IMG/VR virus record: IMGVR_UViG_3300048591_000147
Span: 186,001 to 250,000 of that record
Reading direction: 5' to 3' (one strand)
DNA: 64,000 nucleotides
Shown here: positions 38,610 through 45,945 of the stretch, in pieces
How the letters are laid out: each line of letters begins with the position of its first letter
Numbering within the stretch: the first letter of the stretch is position 1
Position numbers and translations under genes: made by a program
The notes under the pieces: model-generated
What the model was told of the DNA's origin: nothing
What the model saw: only the letters and a program-made list of their open reading frames with translations
Databases searched by the model: none

Positions 38610-39232
38610 AGAATCAATTATTGATAGAAGAATATTCTAATAACGAGTCTGTTATAGTATGTGAGGCTAGTGAAGATTCTAAGAATTTATTCTTAAAAGG
38701 CATCTTCATGCAGGCAGACGTACAGAACAGAAACAAAAGAATATACCCTTTACATGAAATGTGTCAGGCGGTAGCGTCAGCTAACAGAATGATCGCTGAA
38801 AATGGCGGTATATTCGGAGAGGCAGACCATCCAAATACATTGAATATTAATATCGACCGAATATCACATGTCATAACAGAATTGTATATGGATGGGAGCA
38901 ACGCGATAGGAAAGGCTAAAATTTTAGACACACCAATGGGCAAGATCGTGAAAGAATTGACTAAAACTGGTGTTAAAATTGGCGTTTCCAGTAGAGGAAC
39001 TGGTCAGGTAAATGAAGAGGGATTAGTTAGTGGGTTTAATATTGTATCAGTGGATGTAGTTGTAAACCCTAGTGCAATTGGTGCTACTCCGACTTCCATA
39101 TATGAAAATCTACAATCATATAAAAAGAATGAGCGAATAATTACATTGGCGGAATCATTACAGACTGATAAGGCGGCACAAAAGTATTTCACTAGAGAAA
39201 TTGATGCGTTCTTGAAATCGTTGCTTAAGTAA
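38606..39232 (+). CDS. Prohead protease (gp21-like)
   Basis: GIFMQAD..NRN.RIYP, GEADHP, SHVI, TPMG, GVSSRGTG, D.V..PS. Confidence 0.95.
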   Translation: MKNQLLIEEYSNNESVIVCEASEDSKNLFLKGIFMQADVQNRNKRIYPLHEMCQAVASANRMIAENGGIFGEADHPNTLNINIDRISHVITELYMDGSNAIGKAKILDTPMGKIVKELTKTGVKIGVSSRGTGQVNEEGLVSGFNIVSVDVVVNPSAIGATPTSIYENLQSYKKNERIITLAESLQTDKAAQKYFTREIDAFLKSLLK

Positions 39233-39253
39233 AGTAAGTAAATTGTATAGAAC

Positions 39254-39280
39254 AAAAAAGGCGCATAAAGCGCCTTTTTT
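39254..39280. terminator. Bidirectional intrinsic terminator
   Basis: AAAAAAGGCGC-ataaa-GCGCCTTTTTT. Confidence 0.9.
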
Positions 39281-39298
39281 GTTTGTTGTGAAATGATA

Positions 39299-39667
39299 TC
39301 AGAATCGCAATTCGTCATCACCGCCATCGTCATTGAAAGACTGTGGCTCATTTTTCAATTTCTTGTTTGAAGCGGATGTAGCAGAGGATAGAGCAGCAAT
39401 TTCTGGTGCTAGACCGTTTAATTCATTATAGATGTCAACCATCTTTTCACCAGAATCAGTGACGTCACCAAGATATACTAAGCCTAAACTTTCTAGTTCA
39501 TCTATGGTGCGCTTTGTATTAGCTGAAACGGTGTCATACGAAATTGCACCAGAGTACAGCTTGGCCAATACCGATTTCTGGATATCACTTAGATCACCAT
39601 ATGAGATGGTTTCCGAGCCTACTCCAGCTACATTTTGTGATTCATTTACAAGATGTTGAATTTTCAT
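39299..39667 (-). CDS. Hypothetical late protein
   Basis: GGAG SD; TATAAATA on minus strand at 39695-39702; L..LGLV...VT..G winged-helix-like segment. Confidence 0.65.
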   Translation of the reverse strand: MKIQHLVNESQNVAGVGSETISYGDLSDIQKSVLAKLYSGAISYDTVSANTKRTIDELESLGLVYLGDVTDSGEKMVDIYNELNGLAPEIAALSSATSASNKKLKNEPQSFNDDGGDDELRF

Positions 39668-39707
39668 TTATGTTACTCCATGTTAGGTTAATGATATTTA
39701 TAACTAA

Positions 39708-39736
39708 TTGACAATTTTATCGTGTTGGTCTATCAT
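39708..39736 (+). promoter_or_regulatory. Sigma70-type promoter
   Basis: TTGACA-17 bp-TATCAT. Confidence 0.8.
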
Positions 39737-39762
39737 ATACTAAATTAATAAAGGATCTAGCA

Positions 39763-40143
39763 ATGGTTAAACAGGTGATCATAGTACGCAAAGATTTGAA
39801 CATGCGCAAGGGCAAGATGTGCGCGCAGGTAGCACATGCATCAATGGCGTTCATGTCTAAGATGATTGCACTTCACACTCAAACGAAGTTACCTATTATT
39901 TTATCCCAAGAAGTGGATGAGTGGATCAGCAAATCTTTTGCAAAGATCGTGGTAGGCGTAGACTCAGAACAAGAATTAAAAGAACTCATAGATATAGCTA
40001 TGAGTTCTGATGTTATGGTGTCACCAATAGTAGATAGTGGCGCTACTGAATTTCATAATGTTCCTACTTTGACGTGTGCTGCAATCGGTCCAGACCATGA
40101 TTTTATCTTGGATAAGATATCTGGACATTTAAAATTATTATGA
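39763..40143 (+). CDS. pth2: Peptidyl-tRNA hydrolase, Pth2 family
   Basis: KQVIIVRKDLNMRKGKMCAQVAHAS, KIVV, DSGATE, T.TC.AIGP, L.LL C-terminus. Confidence 0.95.
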   Translation: MVKQVIIVRKDLNMRKGKMCAQVAHASMAFMSKMIALHTQTKLPIILSQEVDEWISKSFAKIVVGVDSEQELKELIDIAMSSDVMVSPIVDSGATEFHNVPTLTCAAIGPDHDFILDKISGHLKLL

Positions 40144-40153
40144 GGAAAATGAG

Positions 40154-40675
40154 ATGTACTTTTGTAATACTGAGTTAGTGTCTGTCGATAGGAAATCTCC
40201 TACGGAAAACAGTCAAGAGTTGGTAAGGATTGAAGGGTATGATGCGGTCTTTAGTTTGAATAGATCGAAATCAATGGATGCGATGTTTACACAATTTTAT
40301 AAACTATTAAAGGTTAACAACAGAATCATTAATAGTAGTTTCGCATTCTTCAATCAGGATCTAGAAGTCATAAGAAATAGATTGATAGAAGATACGGGTA
40401 TTAAACCAAATAGGCTAATATATTCTGACTTACAGTGTTATGAGAAAGTTTGGAATGGTAGAGAACCGTCACGATTCTATGAACATAAAATATTGGTTAA
40501 CGCTGAGTCATCGAATGAGTTTGTGGTATGTTCGTATTCAGCAGTTTGTACCATTGGTACACTCATAGAATATAACGTCAAGCGGGATGAATGGGTTTTC
40601 AAAGAACCCGATTACATAGACAAAAAATATAAGAAATCGCATTACAATTACTATTACGGGATAAAATTTTCATGA
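40154..40675 (+). CDS. Hypothetical protein
   Basis: 173-aa ORF with GAGG SD, within an operon. Confidence 0.65.
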   Translation: MYFCNTELVSVDRKSPTENSQELVRIEGYDAVFSLNRSKSMDAMFTQFYKLLKVNNRIINSSFAFFNQDLEVIRNRLIEDTGIKPNRLIYSDLQCYEKVWNGREPSRFYEHKILVNAESSNEFVVCSYSAVCTIGTLIEYNVKRDEWVFKEPDYIDKKYKKSHYNYYYGIKFS

Positions 40676-40956
40676 GCGACAATATAACAGCATTAGGTAG
40701 ACATATTTTAATTGAGAAGATAGAAAATGAGGTAGAATCCAAAACCATTATAGCTATTCCAGATAAGGTTAATGTCGATTCATACGCATTTGCTAAGGTG
40801 GTATCTGCCTCAGAAGGATATTATGATAAGAATGATAAGTACGTTAAGATGAGTGTCAAAGCTGGTGACATCATTGTGTACAAAGAAGAGTCGGCGTTAA
40901 AAGTTGACAAACGCTTATTTCTGATAGAAGAGCATATATTTGCAATAGTCAACTAA
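40672..40956 (+). CDS. GroES-like co-chaperonin (functional analogue of T4 gp31)
   Basis: I.ALG.HILIE, IIAIPD, AKVVS..EG, MSVKAGD, E.HIFAIV. Confidence 0.8.
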   Translation: MSDNITALGRHILIEKIENEVESKTIIAIPDKVNVDSYAFAKVVSASEGYYDKNDKYVKMSVKAGDIIVYKEESALKVDKRLFLIEEHIFAIVN

Positions 40957-40957
40957 T

Positions 40958-40984
40958 AAAAAACCCCTCGAAAGAGGGGTTTTT
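40958..40984. terminator. Bidirectional intrinsic terminator
   Basis: AAAAAACCCCTC-gaaa-GAGGGGTTTTT. Confidence 0.9.
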
Positions 40985-40987
40985 GTT

Positions 40988-41410
40988 TTACGCCATCCCA
41001 CGTTGTGGAGGCTGTTGAACTGGACGCTGTTGTTGTTGTTGTGGCTGTACTGGAGGTTGACCCTGACCAGCATCATCTGCACCGGCGCTATCTTCCAACT
41101 TTTTCTGAATAAAATTGAACAATGAGCGAATCTTGTTTAAGTTGCCCATAATCTTTCTACGGTGTAAAACTCTGCTGTCACCCGGTGGTAGTTTATTGGT
41201 CAAACCTAATCCGCGTCTAGCCGCGTCTAATCGTTTTGCTAATTGTTCCATAGCGGTATCAAGATCTGGGTCTAAATCGTCTGTGACACCTTCTACAAGC
41301 GCTAGATTATAGCTGAATTGCATTGTGTGAAATGCCTCGTCAAATTTATTAAGTTGCTTTTCTAAAGCGTCCATGATACCATTATGTATTGTTTCTTGGA
41401 TAAATTTCAT
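40988..41410 (-). CDS. Hypothetical late protein with Gln/Pro-rich tail
   Basis: AGGAG SD; ATAAATA on minus strand at 41444-41450. Confidence 0.7.
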   Translation of the reverse strand: MKFIQETIHNGIMDALEKQLNKFDEAFHTMQFSYNLALVEGVTDDLDPDLDTAMEQLAKRLDAARRGLGLTNKLPPGDSRVLHRRKIMGNLNKIRSLFNFIQKKLEDSAGADDAGQGQPPVQPQQQQQRPVQQPPQRGMA

Positions 41411-41476
41411 TACAGTAAACTCCTAAGTTTAAGTTATTTACTATATTTATCAAAAATAAAATTGCAGGAATATAAA

Positions 41477-41656
41477 ATGCCGATATTTACATATGTTTGT
41501 GAAAAATGCTGTGAAAAAGAAGATAGGTTGGTAAGTCAGGCTGAGCGCGAGACACAATTATGCGAACAGTGCCAAAGTAAAATGCAAGAATTGTTTCCAG
41601 ACTCTTTCAATTTTTCATTGAAGGGCAACTGGTACAAGAATACTAAATCATATTAA
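41477..41656 (+). CDS. FmdB-family zinc-ribbon protein
   Basis: MPIFTYVCEKC...CEQC...F.LKG.WY; AGGA SD before ATG 41477. Confidence 0.85.
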   Translation: MPIFTYVCEKCCEKEDRLVSQAERETQLCEQCQSKMQELFPDSFNFSLKGNWYKNTKSY

Positions 41657-41681
41657 ATAATAAAAACAAGGAGTTACAACA

Positions 41682-42653
41682 ATGACATTTCCATTTTCAT
41701 CGCTTTTCGCTACACCATCACCGAGTTACAGACCAATAATGCAAGACGCTCTGGATGCACTAGAGCGGGGGGAAGAAGTAAATCTAAAAATACCGTTCGA
41801 TGATACCAACGAAATTTTTCAAAGAATAGATAATGTTGAATATTTGGCTTGCACATTTGATGAAATTGATCCTGATGATCCAAGACATCATAACACGGTT
41901 ATAACACCAAAACTAAAAGAGTTTTTGAATGCTAGACGACAGTGGTGTAGATTTGGTCTAAGAAATTTTAGGCTATTAACTCATATTGGTAGTTCAAGAT
42001 TGTTAGAAACGATCGAACCTGACAGACTTTCTGCCGCATATGCTCTCGCAACTCCACAAATGATTTATGAGGTAATTGATACTAGCGAGGTTGGTGATAT
42101 CGCCATTAAGTTGATCGAAACTAATGAGCTATTTAAAGATGTATTAATATCTACCATCAAAATACATTCCGAGCCTACAACTTGGGTGGACGCTGATGGA
42201 AATAAAAGTAGCAGATTGAGCGCATATCTTCTAATTTACGGATATAATATTACAAAATCTCAGCGATTGTCGCCTGAAGTAGATGGGCTATCAGTACCAC
42301 ATGTAGTGACAGTAGATTGCCGTGTCCCGACATTTTCAATAAAGAACCAAATAAAATTTGATGGTTCGCGTGCAGACTTTCGCTTTTCGTGGGATAGTAA
42401 ACGATTATACATATGCAAAACATTGATAAACAAGAACGTTGATCTGGATGTTCTATCCAACAGTGTAAAAGATTATATTGACAATAATGACTATGTTCTA
42501 ATAGAAAGTTGTATAATATTGCGCAATATAAGTCTGGACGGGACCGAAGATTTAATAATAGTTGGCAAATATGTGTGCCCGGAACGCAGTAGAAATACCA
42601 TTAACAGAGACATAGAGGCAATAATGGATAATCTTTTAATAACCCATGAATAA
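41682..42653 (+). CDS. Hypothetical protein
   Basis: 323-aa ORF with AAGGAG SD. Confidence 0.7.
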   Translation: MTFPFSSLFATPSPSYRPIMQDALDALERGEEVNLKIPFDDTNEIFQRIDNVEYLACTFDEIDPDDPRHHNTVITPKLKEFLNARRQWCRFGLRNFRLLTHIGSSRLLETIEPDRLSAAYALATPQMIYEVIDTSEVGDIAIKLIETNELFKDVLISTIKIHSEPTTWVDADGNKSSRLSAYLLIYGYNITKSQRLSPEVDGLSVPHVVTVDCRVPTFSIKNQIKFDGSRADFRFSWDSKRLYICKTLINKNVDLDVLSNSVKDYIDNNDYVLIESCIILRNISLDGTEDLIIVGKYVCPERSRNTINRDIEAIMDNLLITHE

Positions 42654-43188
42654 ATTCTTCTGTGGCGTTGGCTCAAGGGAAACACCCGACTATATTTGTC
42701 GGGTGTTTACGTATATTTCACAAGAACTGTGCGGGCGTGGATACACACTTAGGTCTGGCGGTGCCGATGGTGCAGATTTGGCGTTTGAAAATGGAGCGCG
42801 CTATAAACAAATATGGTTGCCATGGACTGGATTTAATAAGAGTAAATCTCAGTTCATTTTTCATAGAGATTTGGCCGTCCCACACTTAGCAGGTATAATA
42901 GATACTGCTCACTGGAATAGATTGTCTGAAGGTGGAAGAAAATTACATAGTAGAAATGTACATCAAGTATTAGGCGATCTACGTGGTGAGCCTTATAGTG
43001 AGTTTGTATTATGTTGGACAGAGAATGCCCAAACCATCGGTGGGACTGCCACCGCAATTAAACTTGCAAAGAAATTCGGGATACCTGTGTTCAATTTTGG
43101 TAAATGTAAAACATCGTTTGACGCGATGGAATATTGGGATCAGGTTAAGATGTTTATGGAGCTACATGAAAATCCAACTGATAGTTGA
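42646..43188 (+). CDS. SLOG/DprA-like nucleotide-binding protein
   Basis: GVGSRETP, LRSGGADGAD.AFE, RNVHQVLG, GGT..AI..A....IPVFN. Confidence 0.85.
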   Translation: MNKFFCGVGSRETPDYICRVFTYISQELCGRGYTLRSGGADGADLAFENGARYKQIWLPWTGFNKSKSQFIFHRDLAVPHLAGIIDTAHWNRLSEGGRKLHSRNVHQVLGDLRGEPYSEFVLCWTENAQTIGGTATAIKLAKKFGIPVFNFGKCKTSFDAMEYWDQVKMFMELHENPTDS

Positions 43189-43510
43189 TGACATCCTCGT
43201 CGGATATGCAGAATTTAGCAAACAGACTAACGTAAATCGTTACTTATACTGCATCCCAGATAATTGTATGAAGCGACCAATATATTTACAACTGTTACGC
43301 ATAAGGCCGGAATATAGGCGCATGGGATATTCAACTAAACTAATTGAACTCATAAAGAAATATGCGGATGATAATAATATGGTGATATGCTTAGATGCTG
43401 AGCCACTGGACAAGACAACCCACCCTGCGGTACTATATAAAATCTATAAGAATAATGGATTCGTCTATTGTAGAGATAATTCATATACATACGGAATAAC
43501 TCATGAGTAA
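43166..43510 (+). CDS. GNAT-family acetyltransferase
   Basis: IRPEYRRMGYST motif A, Y..NGF motif B; GGAG SD before ATG 43166. Confidence 0.8.
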   Translation: MKIQLIVDDILVGYAEFSKQTNVNRYLYCIPDNCMKRPIYLQLLRIRPEYRRMGYSTKLIELIKKYADDNNMVICLDAEPLDKTTHPAVLYKIYKNNGFVYCRDNSYTYGITHE

Positions 43511-43703
43511 AATAATAATAAAAATATTAACCGTGTTACAAACCGTTTGTATATTATTAATCTTACCTTCACCTATTGTCATGGTGATAGTCAAGCTATT
43601 CACTACATACAGTGTACTCCCGATAATTAAAGTTGTAATTGGATTAATCGCCTGTTCTATAGGACTTTCATACACTGCCAAAATCATTGATGAAATCGAT
43701 TGA
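43503..43703 (+). CDS. Small membrane protein
   Basis: Two hydrophobic segments; overlaps upstream stop. Confidence 0.6.
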   Translation: MSKIIIKILTVLQTVCILLILPSPIVMVIVKLFTTYSVLPIIKVVIGLIACSIGLSYTAKIIDEID

Positions 43704-43728
43704 CAAGATTTTTTAGGGCATATATACT
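43700..43728 (+). promoter_or_regulatory. Sigma70-type promoter
   Basis: TTGACA-17 bp-TATACT. Confidence 0.8.
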
Positions 43729-43757
43729 TACTCAACAATCACAAAAGGATAAATTAA

Positions 43758-44450
43758 ATGATTAATAAATTTTTGAACTTAACAGCAGTCGTGACATTAG
43801 CCTTGGCTTCATCAGTCTCTGTAGCATCAGAGAGTAACTCCACTGCGGTCTTACGCGCAGGGTCAGACTTCATTTATCGTGGTCAGGATTTAACAGGCTC
43901 ACAGGGGACAGTAGGTTTAGGGTTATTGTTTGACAATGTAGTGTGGGACGGTGTGTATGTATCAGGTGATTTTGACACAGTAGAAGTAACGCCATTGAAT
44001 GACAACACACAGGTTCGCACCGATTTTCAGGTTGGTTATGGTAACGTCTGGAATGACTTTACATATTCAGCATCCTTGGCCCGTGTGTTGAATCCAGTTA
44101 GCTATGCTGCTGACTATACTGAGTTTCGTGCGCGAGGTCAGTATTCAATCGCATATGTAGAAGTTGGGCAAGGACTATCCAATGATATCAACACTGATAC
44201 ATACTTTGCGGTTGGCGTAGAAGGTCGTCCATTTTCCGATAAACTGTTGTTAGGTACATCAACCAGTTTTATTAGTTATGATGGCGATGCTTATGGTGCT
44301 TCTAACGTGGAGTGGAACAACTTCCAAGTCTACGCAAGCTACGATCTGTGGCGTGAGTTGGACGTCAATGCAGGTTTCTCACTTGGTGGTGACCAGCCAC
44401 TAGTTGGAGTTGACGATCATGCTTGGGTAGGCGCTTCATACACATTCTAA
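43758..44450 (+). CDS. Outer-membrane beta-barrel protein (TIGR02001/Gcw_chp, TorF-like)
   Basis: Signal peptide, SDFIYRGQDLT motif, amphipathic strands, C-terminal VGASYTF beta-signal. Confidence 0.8.
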   Translation: MINKFLNLTAVVTLALASSVSVASESNSTAVLRAGSDFIYRGQDLTGSQGTVGLGLLFDNVVWDGVYVSGDFDTVEVTPLNDNTQVRTDFQVGYGNVWNDFTYSASLARVLNPVSYAADYTEFRARGQYSIAYVEVGQGLSNDINTDTYFAVGVEGRPFSDKLLLGTSTSFISYDGDAYGASNVEWNNFQVYASYDLWRELDVNAGFSLGGDQPLVGVDDHAWVGASYTF

Positions 44451-44467
44451 TGGATGTTTAAGTTGTG

Positions 44468-44495
44468 AGAAAAGGCCGCATTCGCGGCCTTTTCT
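44468..44495 (+). terminator. Intrinsic terminator
   Basis: AGAAAAGGCCGC-attc-GCGGCCTTTTCT. Confidence 0.85.
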
Positions 44496-44497
44496 AT

Positions 44498-44526
44498 TTG
44501 ACAATATATAGAATATGATGTATGCT
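44498..44526 (+). promoter_or_regulatory. Sigma70-type promoter (ORF plus tRNA cluster)
   Basis: TTGACA-17 bp-TATGCT with extended -10 TG. Confidence 0.75.
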
Positions 44527-44545
44527 GCTGACAGAGGGATTAAAC

Positions 44546-44983
44546 ATGGCAAATTATAAAATAACCACAGGTAGCTATCCAGTTGATGATGTCAACTATA
44601 AAGACACTTTTAGTAAAATTTTAGATATTACTAAATTAATTTATGAAAAAACTGAAAAATTGCGCCAATTGCAGATAATTCAGGATCGTGTGGAAGATGA
44701 ATTGGCAAATACTAGAGATTCTATTAGTGATACGCAAAAAGAATTAGACGACTGTATTAAACAACGCGATGAATTGGAAGGCAGGGAAAAAGGACGTGGA
44801 GTGTGGGTTCCACTACCAGTACCAACCAGCCCGCCAACCCCATTTAACCCATACGTGCCGTATGTACCGTATATGCCATACGCTATGCATAATAAATGTG
44901 AGGTTTGTGGCATTGACTTCTCATCAGCGATGGGGTATTGTTGCAGCAACATGAATTGTCCTATACCAAGAGCAACGTGTTGA
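44546..44983 (+). CDS. Coiled-coil protein with Pro/Tyr linker and Cys-rich (Zn-binding) C-terminus
   Basis: GAGG SD before ATG 44546; CEVC...CC...CP. Confidence 0.7.
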   Translation: MANYKITTGSYPVDDVNYKDTFSKILDITKLIYEKTEKLRQLQIIQDRVEDELANTRDSISDTQKELDDCIKQRDELEGREKGRGVWVPLPVPTSPPTPFNPYVPYVPYMPYAMHNKCEVCGIDFSSAMGYCCSNMNCPIPRATC

Positions 44984-45016
44984 TTGCACTACGGCAACAC
45001 TAAATAGATTTAATAT

Positions 45017-45108
45017 GGATAGGTGGGGGAGAGGTTTAACCCATCCTGTTGCTAACTGGGCGAGTCGCCTAAAAAACGGCTCCGTGGGTTCGAATCCCAC
45101 CCTATCCG
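45017..45108 (+). tRNA. tRNA-Ser(GCT), no encoded CCA
   Basis: GGATAGG/CCTATCC acceptor, TT-GCT-AA loop, long variable arm, GGTTCGAATCC. Confidence 0.9.
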
Positions 45109-45114
45109 AAAATT

Positions 45115-45190
45115 GGTAATGTAGCTTAACTGGTAGAGCAGAAGTTTCATAAACTTTTAGATGTTGGTTCGATTCCAATCATTACCACCA
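45115..45190 (+). tRNA. tRNA with CAT anticodon (Met or lysidine Ile2)
   Basis: GGTAATG/CATTACC acceptor, TT-CAT-AA loop, GGTTCGATTCC, ACCA end. Confidence 0.9.
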
Positions 45191-45197
45191 AATTTTG

Positions 45198-45494
45198 ATG
45201 ATAAAAATGAACGATAATTCTTTTGCATATTTCAATTTAACACTTGAGTTGTTTCGGGCAAGACGTAATCCAAATTACACGGAAGAACGACTAGAACAAA
45301 TTGAAAATTTTTTGTGTGATGAAATGGATGTCGCATGGTATCAGACACCTGATGAAGATGATTTTAATATACGCTCATTAGTTCAATATCTGATTGCACA
45401 AGATAATCCGAATGTTTTTATAAATAAAGAAAAGCAATGGATAGTTGGCAGAGAGGACTATAGCACCAACTTGGAAAGTTGGAGATCGCCCTAA
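45198..45494 (+). CDS. Hypothetical protein within the tRNA cluster (3' end overlaps a tRNA)
   Basis: Protein-like ORF; start uncertain, no clear SD. Confidence 0.45.
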   Translation: MIKMNDNSFAYFNLTLELFRARRNPNYTEERLEQIENFLCDEMDVAWYQTPDEDDFNIRSLVQYLIAQDNPNVFINKEKQWIVGREDYSTNLESWRSP

Positions 45495-45530
45495 ACAAGT
45501 GGTCCGTAGGTTCGAATCCTACACTATCCG
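45439..45530 (+). tRNA. tRNA-Ser(GGA), no encoded CCA
   Basis: GGATAGT/ACTATCC acceptor, CCAAC-TT-GGA-AA-GTTGG, long variable arm, GGTTCGAATCC. Confidence 0.9.
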
Positions 45531-45537
45531 AAAATAT

Positions 45538-45612
45538 GGCGATGAAGCCCAATGGTTAGGCGTCTGACTCTGAATCAGATTTTACTGGGTTCGATTCCTA
45601 GCATCGCTGCCA
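45538..45612 (+). tRNA. tRNA-Gln(CTG)
   Basis: GGCGATG/CATCGCT acceptor, TCTGA-CT-CTG-AA-TCAGA, GGTTCGATTCC, GCCA end. Confidence 0.9.
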
Positions 45613-45614
45613 AT

Positions 45615-45643
45615 AAAAAAGCCCGTCACTTGACGGGCTTTTT
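45615..45643 (+). terminator. Intrinsic terminator after the tRNA cluster
   Basis: AAAAAAGCCCGTCA-ct-TGACGGGCTTTTT. Confidence 0.9.
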
Positions 45644-45689
45644 CGTTTGTGTGATCATATCACTCTAACCGTTACAAGAGAGTTAACTA

Positions 45690-45917
45690 ATGAATTTTTG
45701 TTTGAAGTGGACATTCCCTAACAGTAATAGGGCGGTTTTTGTAGGTGAAGATGGTATAGAAAAGGTAATGCCACTTAATATATTGTATCAAATAATTCCA
45801 TTCATCCAAGTAGGAGATTGCGGAACCATCATAGACAACAATGGCAGACCAAAGTTTATTCTAGTAACCGAAGATCAAGTCGAGTACCCTTTACAACTAA
45901 CCCATGATGTAGTATAG
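45690..45917 (+). CDS. Hypothetical protein
   Basis: 75-aa ORF with purine-rich SD. Confidence 0.55.
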   Translation: MNFCLKWTFPNSNRAVFVGEDGIEKVMPLNILYQIIPFIQVGDCGTIIDNNGRPKFILVTEDQVEYPLQLTHDVV

Positions 45918-45945
45918 TTACATCACCAAATAAGAGAGAAATTTT

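Noticed and set aside
42983-43165. Long N-terminus of the GNAT ORF; likewise the track starts at 41384, 26496, 44522 and 63525
   Set aside because: These extensions overlap neighbouring genes or promoters, and downstream ATGs fit better (most with an SD)
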